Shown here: positions 40,211 to 47,349 of the stretch, piece after piece
Numbering within the stretch: the first letter of the stretch is position 1
Layout of the letters: every line of letters begins with the position of its first letter
Source: a virus
Lineage: Duplodnaviria > Caudoviricetes
Virus record (IMG/VR): IMGVR_UViG_3300025699_000009
Location: 1 to 60,737 of that record
Length of the DNA stretch: 60,737 nucleotides
Direction: 5' to 3' (one strand)
The notes under the pieces: generated by a model
What the model was told of the DNA's origin: nothing
The model's input: the letters and a program-made list of their open reading frames with translations, nothing else
Databases searched by the model: none
Program-made: the position numbers and the translations under genes

Positions 40211-40498
40211 CTATCGTTGATTAAAAAGATATTTCTTAGCTGCTATACCTGCACCCGCTAGGGTTGCCAATCCTGAAGCAGTTTGACGAATTTCTTTACT
40301 AAGCCCCTGCTTCCCTGAAACACGACGCTTTGTGTTTCGGATATGCTTATTCCTAAACCGAGAACCGGGCATAGCATTACCAACTGCAGAAGCTCGTCTA
40401 CATTTTCCACTCTTTGCCATCTTGCGCGAACCGCAGCTACTCTGTCGAGCGCGTTTGCGATAAGCGCGATTGGCTTGTCTTGTTTTTTTATCCGGCAT
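40211..40498 (-). CDS. Small Arg-rich protein (95 aa)
   Basis: Start taken at the ATG at 40498 (MPDKKTRQ), right after the upstream stop. Confidence 0.6.
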   Translation of the reverse strand: MPDKKTRQANRAYRKRARQSSCGSRKMAKSGKCRRASAVGNAMPGSRFRNKHIRNTKRRVSGKQGLSKEIRQTASGLATLAGAGIAAKKYLFNQR

Positions 40499-40499
40499 C

Positions 40500-40634
40500 T
40501 TATCGTCCTTGTCCCCGGTAGGGTTTGTGATAATTCTTACTTTTCTTGCTCGCAGACATCTTGGTCTTAGCATGAATGCCGGGGCGTTTCACGCTACTTT
40601 TTTCGCGATGAATAAAAGATATTCCTTTAGCCAT
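40500..40634 (-). CDS. Small basic protein ending YRGQGR (44 aa)
   Basis: MAKGISFIHREKSSVKRPGIHAKTKMSASKKSKNYHKPYRGQGR; recurrent phage C-terminal motif. Confidence 0.65.
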   Translation of the reverse strand: MAKGISFIHREKSSVKRPGIHAKTKMSASKKSKNYHKPYRGQGR

Positions 40635-40861
40635 TATAAAGATTTTAAACCTTTGAGTCCACGTATCCCTCCTGAAGCCCCTTTTGCTTTTCGCTCGGCG
40701 GCCTTTTTCTTCCGAGCTTCGGTTGAAGCTTGACGTTTAGCAGCCACCGTGTCCTTGACATTCTTCCTGCGCTCAGCAGCCTTGTTGTCAATTTCCTTTA
40801 GCTTTGTAGCTAACGTGTCTTTAAATGTAGTGGTAGAGTCTACCTTTTTTTCTTCAGCCAT
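40634..40861 (-). CDS. Small Lys/Ala-rich protein (75 aa)
   Basis: -7 box TATATTTG (40866-40873) 4 nt upstream. Confidence 0.65.
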   Translation of the reverse strand: MAEEKKVDSTTTFKDTLATKLKEIDNKAAERRKNVKDTVAAKRQASTEARKKKAAERKAKGASGGIRGLKGLKSL

Positions 40862-40872
40862 GTTTCAAATAT

Positions 40873-41304
40873 ATGAATGACTATTTAAAATATTGGAGAG
40901 TAATTAGATACTTCGTTAAAGCAAAGTATAAACTCAACACCGCTGACCTAGAGATGCTACTTTTTTTACACTCCGAAGGTTACTTCAGTAAAGACAAGTT
41001 TAAGGAGTTCGACCGTCTGCTCAGTTGGGACGTAAATAGGTTCGACCGACTCAAGCGCGACGATTGGGTTGTGGTGTTCCGCAAACATTCCGGAAAACGA
41101 AAAGCCCTGTACGGGTTATCGTACAAGGCTAAACGTATGATAGATTCTGTTTACAAGAAGCTCAGCGGAGAGGAGATACCCGTAGGGGCAGAGACCAATC
41201 CCTTGTTCGCTCGTAATGTCTCCTACTCCGACAAGCGGTACAAGGAGATGATTGAGAACATGAACAAGGCTACTCGACAATTACAACATCGCTCTCACGA
41301 ATGA
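40873..41304 (+). CDS. Hypothetical protein, possible winged-helix DNA-binding protein (143 aa)
   Basis: Only counter-oriented gene in the late arm; fills a gap; helical N-part followed by a beta-wing-like segment. Confidence 0.65.
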   Translation: MNDYLKYWRVIRYFVKAKYKLNTADLEMLLFLHSEGYFSKDKFKEFDRLLSWDVNRFDRLKRDDWVVVFRKHSGKRKALYGLSYKAKRMIDSVYKKLSGEEIPVGAETNPLFARNVSYSDKRYKEMIENMNKATRQLQHRSHE

Positions 41305-41527
41305 TGGTGTAGGGGATGTCTCCTACCATCAGGCTGTGGCCTGCGTGTTTGTCGAAGTAGATGGTGTCTGCTTCCTTGATTCCCTTTACCTCCGTACCTA
41401 CAGCATTGACCGTAGCCTTTTTGTAGCGGAAGTCTTTGGTGTCCTGAACAGATAGGATAAGCCCTGACTTGCTCTTCATCTCTTCATCGATAGGAGAGAT
41501 GGCGATGTATTTGCCTATTGGTTTCAT
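41270..41527 (-). CDS. groES: Co-chaperonin GroES
   Basis: MKPIG...KSKSGLIL...VNAVG...IKEAD.IYFDK.AG...IIRESDV. Confidence 0.9.
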   Translation of the reverse strand: MKPIGKYIAISPIDEEMKSKSGLILSVQDTKDFRYKKATVNAVGTEVKGIKEADTIYFDKHAGHSLMVGDIPYTIIRESDVVIVE

Positions 41528-43164
41528 TGTGCCTCATATGTTCGTGCCATAGTAATAATAGCGTTGGTACTTAAGATGCTCACTGCTACGGACACTGCGT
41601 TCTGCAGGGCTACCCGCGTAACCTTGCACGGGTCGATGACTCCCATCTCGATGAGGTCTCCATACCTCGCGTTCTTCACGTCGAAGCCATGCCCCTCTTT
41701 AGTTACTAAGTTCTTCATAGCCGTCTCGTATACATCAGCAAATGAACTACCCGCATTAATAATTATCTGACACACAGGAGAACACAACGCTTCAGATAGA
41801 ATAGCTGCAGCTACAAGGTCTTCAGATTTTTTATACTCCTCGTTCAAAAGCTTCATCTCAATTTTTTGATGCTCGTTATAAAGAGCGACACCTCCGCCGG
41901 GAAGAACGCCCTCCTCAAGAGCGGAGCGCACGGCGCATACAGCATCATCAACCCTATCGTATAGCTCCTTCTGCTCAAGGTCAGTGTTCCCACCTACGCG
42001 GATAACTCCTATGCCACCCGTCAAGGAAGCAATACGAGAAAGGATAAAGTCTTTGTCCGCCTTCTTCGTTGCCAACTTCGCCGCATCCTTCAGCTCGCTT
42101 ACGCGCTTCTTCACAGCATCGGCAGCTTTAAGGTTGTCCTTGATGATGATGGTTTGGTCTTTACCCACGATAACCTTCTTGGCTGAACCGAGGTCAGAAG
42201 GTTGGATAAGGCTGAGGTCGTCGCCCGTAGCTTCAGAGAAGTAAGTAGCTCCCAAACTCAAAGCAATGTCTTGCATAAGCTCGTGCTGCTTATAGCCAAA
42301 GCTCGGAGGAGGAATAGTGCAAATCTTTACCTTCTGCTTCATCACGTTTGCAGCCAACGTGTTGGTAAGCTGCTGAGAGGTAGGCGCAATGATTAAAAGC
42401 TTGCGGTTCTTAGTAGGGTCAACTACATACGTCAGTACCTTCTCGATAGCATGGATGTTATCCATCTCAGCATCCGAAACCAAAACAAGGCAGTCCTCAT
42501 ATACGCACTCGTCCTTCTTGTGGTTGTTGATGAACAACGGAGTAGCATAACCACGCTCTACCTTGATGCCCGTAGTAGTCTCAAATGTAGTGTCGCTCGT
42601 CTGACTCTTCTCCACAGTAACCATCCCCGTCTTGCCAACCTTGTTGTAAACGTCAGCGATAATCTTTCCAACCGTATCGTCATTGTTCGCAGAGATAGTC
42701 GCTACGTCAAGAAGCATCTTCTTGGTTACAGGACGAGAACGATTCTTCAAAGAATCAACCACCTCGTTGGTAAGGCTCACAAGCGAACGCAGAACCTTCG
42801 TCTTGTTGGCATACTTGTTCTCCTCAAACATCTCGACAGCAGCCTTTACCAAACCCTCAGTCAAAACAATAGCAGTCGTCGTGCCATCGCCCGCAGAGGT
42901 AGCAGTACGCTCAGCAGCTTCCTTCATCATGCGAACCGCTAAGTTCTCCGTAGGGTCAACTAGGTCAACCGACTTCGCTACAGTAACACCGTCCTTCGTC
43001 ACAGTAATGCCGTGAGTGTGATGAGGTGATTCGATAAGTACAGTATTGCCGCTAGGCCCAAGCGTACTCTTTACAGCATTGGACAACTTTGTGATTCCAC
43101 TAATGAGGAGGGTGCGACCATCCTCGCCAAATTTTAAGTCCTTGGGACTGTAGCCTTCGTTCAT
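41524..43164 (-). CDS. groEL: Chaperonin GroEL
   Basis: AVKSTLGPSG, TKDGVTVAK, GDGTTTA, EEGVLPGGG and GVIDP.KVTR motifs. Confidence 0.97.
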   Translation of the reverse strand: MNEGYSPKDLKFGEDGRTLLISGITKLSNAVKSTLGPSGNTVLIESPHHTHGITVTKDGVTVAKSVDLVDPTENLAVRMMKEAAERTATSAGDGTTTAIVLTEGLVKAAVEMFEENKYANKTKVLRSLVSLTNEVVDSLKNRSRPVTKKMLLDVATISANNDDTVGKIIADVYNKVGKTGMVTVEKSQTSDTTFETTTGIKVERGYATPLFINNHKKDECVYEDCLVLVSDAEMDNIHAIEKVLTYVVDPTKNRKLLIIAPTSQQLTNTLAANVMKQKVKICTIPPPSFGYKQHELMQDIALSLGATYFSEATGDDLSLIQPSDLGSAKKVIVGKDQTIIIKDNLKAADAVKKRVSELKDAAKLATKKADKDFILSRIASLTGGIGVIRVGGNTDLEQKELYDRVDDAVCAVRSALEEGVLPGGGVALYNEHQKIEMKLLNEEYKKSEDLVAAAILSEALCSPVCQIIINAGSSFADVYETAMKNLVTKEGHGFDVKNARYGDLIEMGVIDPCKVTRVALQNAVSVAVSILSTNAIITMARTYEAQ

Positions 43165-43187
43165 TGAATTGAATTTAATTGATGTGT

Positions 43188-43195
43188 CAAATATA
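43188..43195 (-). promoter_or_regulatory. Bacteroidota -7 promoter box upstream of groEL
   Basis: TATATTTG; the 15-mer TTATATTTGACACAT is identical to the promoter at 37982-37996. Confidence 0.65.
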
Positions 43196-43200
43196 AGGCT

Positions 43201-43342
43201 CCCTATAGAGAGAGAGAGAAAAACTATTTTTTCGTTTTTACTTCCCTATGTACGGAGTTAAGTTAACATTATCGACACTTTAGCTGAGTATCAATAAGTT
43301 AGCTTACACTTCACCAACACAAGCAATGTTGAAAAACGACAC
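43201..43342. other. Origin-like element A (IHF-type site plus YRACAY repeats)
   Basis: 43241-43301 aligns ungapped with 53348-53408 (40/61); TATCAATAAGTTA fits the IHF consensus WATCAANNNNTTR. Confidence 0.5.
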
Positions 43343-43347
43343 TAAAT

Positions 43348-43376
43348 GAAAAGAGAGAGGCATCACCCTCTCTCCA
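43348..43376 (-). terminator. Intrinsic terminator
   Basis: GAGAGAGG-GTGATG-CCTCTCTC followed by TTTT on the minus strand. Confidence 0.6.
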
Positions 43377-43400
43377 ATCATCAATCACATTTAATGTCTC

Positions 43401-43592
43401 TCAAATTAAACGCAATCCTTTCCGCATCTCCTTCCGCATCTCAGCACGTTCGATGCCGTCGGCTATGCAATCTATTTTATACTGCTTCTTCATTTGCTGA
43501 CGATACATGGCAGCCTCCTGTATGCCCGTCATATGATTCGGTCGATTGTTAATCAGCCGACCATTTTTGATAGTGAGTCCTTCTGCTTTCAT
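43401..43592 (-). CDS. Hypothetical protein (63 aa)
   Basis: First minus-strand ORF, followed by a terminator. Confidence 0.6.
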   Translation of the reverse strand: MKAEGLTIKNGRLINNRPNHMTGIQEAAMYRQQMKKQYKIDCIADGIERAEMRKEMRKGLRLI

Positions 43593-43803
43593 ACCGCTAA
43601 CATACGAAAAGTTTTTAGATGTCTGTACTGTTTAGGCTCCCTGCCGTCTGACGCGCGCACCACCTCATCTCGAACCCAAAGTTTCGGTTCGGGGGGGGTG
43701 ATGTTTTCAGCACCTTCCTCCGGAATTTTTGACCTTTTTCTAAATCGGTAAGCCCCGTCCGGAAACCCGCGCCCACAGCGGGCTACAGCGCGGCCGCTGT
43801 ATC

Positions 43804-43827
43804 CGGTGGGGGTTCGAACCCCCACCG
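43804..43827. repeat. GGGGGTTYRAACCCCC hairpin element
   Basis: CGGTGGGGGTTCGAACCCCCACCG perfect palindrome. Confidence 0.9.
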
Positions 43828-44016
43828 AAGAAGAGCACCTACCTGCCCTGCTCCCCCTATCCCACAAGGAGAGAGAGGAGTTCAGAGGAACTCCCTAGCC
43901 CCACGACCAAAGAAAATGCATCTTACAAAACATCGGGAAAGCCTTGCTACCATTGGGCTGTAGAGCGAGAGAGAAAAGAAAGCGAACTACCCGAAGTGAA
44001 TTCGTGGCCGGATAGC

Positions 44017-44048
44017 TTGTGTAATAGACATTAATTACACTATATTTG
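44017..44048 (+). promoter_or_regulatory. Early promoter P1 (-33 TTG / -7 TATATTTG, AGACAT spacer motif)
   Basis: Bacteroidota consensus with correct spacing. Confidence 0.75.
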
Positions 44049-44101
44049 TGTCAGCAATGCACGAACAAATGACTGCTTGCAAATCTTAAATCTCTCACAT
44101 C

Positions 44102-44770
44102 ATGTTTAACAACTTAAACGAACTCGAAGTAGCATACTTCACAGCCTTCAACGCAAACGGCACTACGCTTGCAAAGTTCTACACTGCTCAGAAGAGCATC
44201 AAGAAATCAGGAGACGCAGTCTTCGAGAAGCGCATCAAGCTATGGCATCAGGTTGACTCGCTGTGGACAGCATTCAACTCCGACGAGGAGAAAGCACGAC
44301 GAGCGGAAGCAGGCATCACGATGACATCAACTGACTTCTCAAAGAAAGTGCTTGGATATAAAGACAGAAGCATGAAAAACTCCATCCTTCGTGCTGTGAA
44401 TAGCATCAATGACAACAGCGATTTGATGACAGCCTACAAGCGTGAGATGACTCGTCTCGGCAAGGGACGTTCGCTCAAGGGATTCAATGCCTTTGCGAAG
44501 CAGGTTGAAGCGCAGGTCTCCAAGGGAGCTACCACAGATGAAGCGGCAGAAGCTACTGCTGATGCAATTGCTACTGCTGATGCTGTTTCCTGCATCGCTC
44601 AACTGCAGTTCTTCGGTCTGCAGAGCGGACGTGTCGCACTCAAGGAGGACGGCACATTCGATTTCACTTCGGTGAACCTACAGCAGGCTGTTGAAGGTGC
44701 GAAGAGTTTTTACGAGCTACTTGCGGCAGAAGCAGTGCGACAGCTCAACGAGCAAGCTCCTGCAATCTAA
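44102..44770 (+). CDS. First early protein, function unknown (222 aa)
   Basis: Follows promoter P1; TCTCTC-type leader. Confidence 0.8.
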   Translation: MFNNLNELEVAYFTAFNANGTTLAKFYTAQKSIKKSGDAVFEKRIKLWHQVDSLWTAFNSDEEKARRAEAGITMTSTDFSKKVLGYKDRSMKNSILRAVNSINDNSDLMTAYKREMTRLGKGRSLKGFNAFAKQVEAQVSKGATTDEAAEATADAIATADAVSCIAQLQFFGLQSGRVALKEDGTFDFTSVNLQQAVEGAKSFYELLAAEAVRQLNEQAPAI

Positions 44771-44791
44771 GTGGGGGTTCAAACCCCCACT
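44770..44791 (+). repeat. GGGGGTTYRAACCCCC hairpin element
   Basis: AGTGGGGGTTCAAACCCCCACT overlapping the stop codon. Confidence 0.9.
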
Positions 44792-44793
44792 CA

Positions 44794-44843
44794 GTTACAC
44801 TGACGAGACCTGAATGGTCGAAACGCTGTGAAGCGTCTGTAAC
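44794..44843 (+). ncRNA. Hammerhead ribozyme, type I (predicted cleavage after GUC, C44837)
   Basis: Stem I GTTACA/TGTAAC; core CTGACGA; stem II GACC-TGAAT-GGTC; GAAA; stem III CGCT-GTGA-AGCG; GTC triplet. Confidence 0.92.
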
Positions 44844-44861
44844 AAATCTAATCTCTCTCTC

Positions 44862-44933
44862 ATGACTCCTGAAAACCTCTACAGAATCTCAACCGCTATC
44901 CTTTGGATTGCATTTATACTCTCTCAGCTATGA
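44862..44933 (+). CDS. Small hydrophobic peptide (23 aa, MTPENLYRISTAILWIAFILSQL)
   Basis: AATCTCTCTCTC leader as in other early genes; ATGA overlap with the amidoligase start. Confidence 0.6.
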   Translation: MTPENLYRISTAILWIAFILSQL

Positions 44934-45907
44934 TTAACTACACAACAGATTCTAACAGCTACCGAGGCACCCTGATGGGCTACCATGGTTCTCCTGCTCC
45001 GCAGGACTTCCGCTCCGGTGCATCCGTATCGGATATCGCAGGCTTGCGTCCTGTAGACCGAGCATCCCTCAAGCAGGTCAGCCTGACGGAGATTGGTGCT
45101 AAGTACGGCATCGGATTCGAAATCGAGAAGACATCCTTCGCTCGCAATGCGATGAAGGCCATGCCATTGTTCGCAGGGTACGAGCGTGACTCATCCTGTG
45201 GGTATGAAGCAGTGACCAACATCCTGCCTTTGCTCCCTGCATCGGAATGGCGCAACAAGGTGTACTCCATGTTCCATCAGGCGGAGCGCATCTTGGATGA
45301 CCAATGGTCACCATCCAACCAACGCTGTGGTGGCCACATCACCCTATCCTGTGACGGCATGAATGGAGGTGAATTGATGGAGCACATCCGTCCGTACTGC
45401 GGCATCCTACTCTCGCTCTATCGCAGACGATTGAAGAACAGCTACTGCTCTCGCAATCCAAACCTGCGCTTGGCGCATGAAGTTGAGAGTGCGCTTGGCG
45501 GAATCGCTTCGAAGTACAATGTTGCCAAGGTGATGAGTCATGGGGTTGAGTTCCGCCTTCCATCTCGCGTTCGCTCGGTGAGCGACATGAAGCGCAGGTA
45601 CGAGCTGATGTACGTCTTGGTTGACTGCGCTCGCCAATCGTTCGAAGGCAATGCACCGACATGGGCGAAGGCGATGTCACGCATCAAGCCAATCGTCTCA
45701 CTCATGTACCGAGACGAAGCGAAGGAGCAGAAGATTCTATCTCTCGCCAAGGATATGCAGAAGTTCATCAACACCGGCAAGATGGAATTCTCAGTGCTCC
45801 CATTCATCGACCCGTATGCAGAGACTGCATCATCCTTCAGGACGCGACGATGCAACCGACTGATTGCGCAGGGTGAGCGAGCTTACTACAGCGAGTCGCG
45901 ATGGTGA
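44930..45907 (+). CDS. Putative amidoligase (COOH-NH2 ligase, Amidoligase_2-like)
   Basis: GFEIE, DSS, E.VT.IL, CGGHI and VEFR motifs; start taken at the ATG at 44930. Confidence 0.72.
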   Translation: MINYTTDSNSYRGTLMGYHGSPAPQDFRSGASVSDIAGLRPVDRASLKQVSLTEIGAKYGIGFEIEKTSFARNAMKAMPLFAGYERDSSCGYEAVTNILPLLPASEWRNKVYSMFHQAERILDDQWSPSNQRCGGHITLSCDGMNGGELMEHIRPYCGILLSLYRRRLKNSYCSRNPNLRLAHEVESALGGIASKYNVAKVMSHGVEFRLPSRVRSVSDMKRRYELMYVLVDCARQSFEGNAPTWAKAMSRIKPIVSLMYRDEAKEQKILSLAKDMQKFINTGKMEFSVLPFIDPYAETASSFRTRRCNRLIAQGERAYYSESRW

Positions 45908-45915
45908 GACCTTTG

Positions 45916-45937
45916 GGTGGGGGTTCAAACCCCCACC
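45916..45937 (+). repeat. GGGGGTTYRAACCCCC hairpin element
   Basis: GGTGGGGGTTCAAACCCCCACC, 8 nt after the stop and abutting the second ribozyme. Confidence 0.9.
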
Positions 45938-45990
45938 TGCTGTCGGGCGATGTGCATCGCTCCTGATGAGTCCGAAAGGACGAAACAGCA
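45938..45990 (+). ncRNA. Hammerhead ribozyme, type III (predicted cleavage after GUC, C45944)
   Basis: Stem III TGCTGT/ACAGCA; GTC; stem I GGGCGA-TGTGCA-TCGCTC; core CTGATGA; stem II GTCC-GAAA-GGAC; GAAA. Confidence 0.95.
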
Positions 45991-46027
45991 AACCAACAAA
46001 CGGGTGATGGCCTACCATCGAAACGTC

Positions 46028-46117
46028 ATGAACAATATCGAATCACAAGTCAAGTGGGTTTTCCGAATTGCCATTGCATTCCTCTTCCTTGCCGCGTACC
46101 TAACATCAGGCTGTTAA
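46028..46117 (+). CDS. Small hydrophobic peptide (29 aa, MNNIESQVKWVFRIAIAFLFLAAYLTSGC)
   Basis: Single transmembrane-like segment ending in a lipobox-like LTSGC. Confidence 0.5.
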   Translation: MNNIESQVKWVFRIAIAFLFLAAYLTSGC

Positions 46118-46136
46118 TAACTTTTAACATTCATTG

Positions 46137-46168
46137 TTTGGAATTAGACATTCATTGCACTATATTTG
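46137..46168 (+). promoter_or_regulatory. Early promoter P2
   Basis: TTTG-N20-TATATTTG with GAATTAGACAT in the spacer. Confidence 0.8.
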
Positions 46169-46216
46169 TACTATCAATCACGGAGGAACACTCCTCCACT
46201 AAAATCTCTCTCTATC

Positions 46217-46552
46217 ATGCGTAGACAACGCAACCCCCACACGAGCGGTGAGAACCGCAACCATTACACCAAAGGCTATCAGGCCAAGGTGGAGTTTTGG
46301 ACAGGCCAACTGCTACAGCCTGACGGCAGGTACTCGCACGAGCGAGTCATGCAATCGCTCCTTCACTTCCAATCTAAGCAACAGGAATGGTGCGAGGCAA
46401 ACGAGACAATGCTCATGGCTAAATTCGAAGATGCCTGTCGTGCAGGACACGGCACGCTGAACGCTCAGGTAGACTTCATGGGCTTCGGTCAGCAGGCCAC
46501 ATTGCACTGCCGTGACATCGTTACAGCACAGCAAAACAAGCGTCAGTCATGA
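46217..46552 (+). CDS. Early hypothetical protein (111 aa)
   Basis: ATG at 46217 after the TCTCTCTC leader. Confidence 0.7.
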   Translation: MRRQRNPHTSGENRNHYTKGYQAKVEFWTGQLLQPDGRYSHERVMQSLLHFQSKQQEWCEANETMLMAKFEDACRAGHGTLNAQVDFMGFGQQATLHCRDIVTAQQNKRQS

Positions 46553-46671
46553 AGCAGTTCGCAGAAGAAGCACTCATCATGGCACTGACTGCGATAGCAT
46601 TCGTTGCGTTCCTTGCAATGGCCTGCTATCTCCATGACTCTTTAGAGTACATTCCAAACCCTATCAAGTAA
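46549..46671 (+). CDS. Small membrane protein (40 aa)
   Basis: MKQFAEEALIMALTAIAFVAFLAMACYLHDSLEYIPNPIK; ATGA-coupled. Confidence 0.6.
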   Translation: MKQFAEEALIMALTAIAFVAFLAMACYLHDSLEYIPNPIK

Positions 46672-46677
46672 TCAATC

Positions 46678-46887
46678 ATGCAAACACCAAGCAACACAAG
46701 TGTCAAAAAGGAGGACGAGCTATGGGTATTCGCGGCATTCCATTACGGATGGATGATGAAGGACTTCAAATCAGTCAACGTCCGAGAGTTTGCCGAAGAA
46801 ATCGGTTTGCCCTACGAGCAGGCATTATATGTGTCTGACAACTATGAACGCTTGCTCAAAGAGCACGGTCACCTCTTCTCTTACTAA
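46678..46887 (+). CDS. Early hypothetical protein (69 aa)
   Basis: Operon packing. Confidence 0.65.
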   Translation: MQTPSNTSVKKEDELWVFAAFHYGWMMKDFKSVNVREFAEEIGLPYEQALYVSDNYERLLKEHGHLFSY

Positions 46888-46897
46888 TCTTCAATCA

Positions 46898-46919
46898 GGT
46901 GGGGGTTCAAACCCCCACC
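46898..46919 (+). repeat. GGGGGTTYRAACCCCC hairpin element
   Basis: GGTGGGGGTTCAAACCCCCACC, 10 nt after the stop. Confidence 0.9.
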
Positions 46920-46934
46920 ATAAATCTCTCTCTC

Positions 46935-47195
46935 ATGAAATTCTACAGAACATTCATGGTCTCGTATCAAGCACCAACAGAACACAAAGGTGCGCGAGTC
47001 CGAATCAAAGACCTCTCCGAAGGCACACGTATCTTCATCCCATTCAACTACGAGTTGAACACCATCACAGAGATGGCGAAGGCTCACCTTAAATCAATTG
47101 GGATTCCAATCGTGGCTGAGGCACTCACCCACAAATCAGGATGGGACTCTTACCTGCTACTCTCGAACGAGTACGTAAACCTCCTTGAGAAATGA
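46935..47195 (+). CDS. Early hypothetical protein (86 aa)
   Basis: ATG at 46935 after AAATCTCTCTCTC; Y..PT..KGARV.I pattern. Confidence 0.7.
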   Translation: MKFYRTFMVSYQAPTEHKGARVRIKDLSEGTRIFIPFNYELNTITEMAKAHLKSIGIPIVAEALTHKSGWDSYLLLSNEYVNLLEK

Positions 47196-47347
47196 TTAAG
47201 GCAGGCATCCAATTTCGTACTGCCACATGGCGTGAGTGGTACATAGTCAAGACATTCAAGAATCAACCACACATGGACAACTTCATTGAATACATCTGTC
47301 GAACCAAAGGCTACACCTTGGATGAGGTATGGCACTTAAATAAATAA
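47192..47347 (+). CDS. Early hypothetical protein (51 aa)
   Basis: MIKAGIQFRTATWREWYIVKTF...; ATGA-coupled. Confidence 0.6.
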   Translation: MIKAGIQFRTATWREWYIVKTFKNQPHMDNFIEYICRTKGYTLDEVWHLNK

Positions 47348-47349
47348 TC

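Noticed and set aside
43804-43827. GGTTCGAACCC resembling a tRNA T-arm
   Set aside because: No acceptor, D or anticodon arms around it; it is a copy of the dispersed hairpin. No tRNA gene was found.
43589-43867. 92-aa minus-strand ORF
   Set aside because: Runs through GC-rich palindromic non-coding structures; implausible composition.
46001-46027. GTGATGG-CCTA-CCATC-GAAAC as a third hammerhead
   Set aside because: Lacks the CUGANGA core and stems I and III; only a short hairpin.
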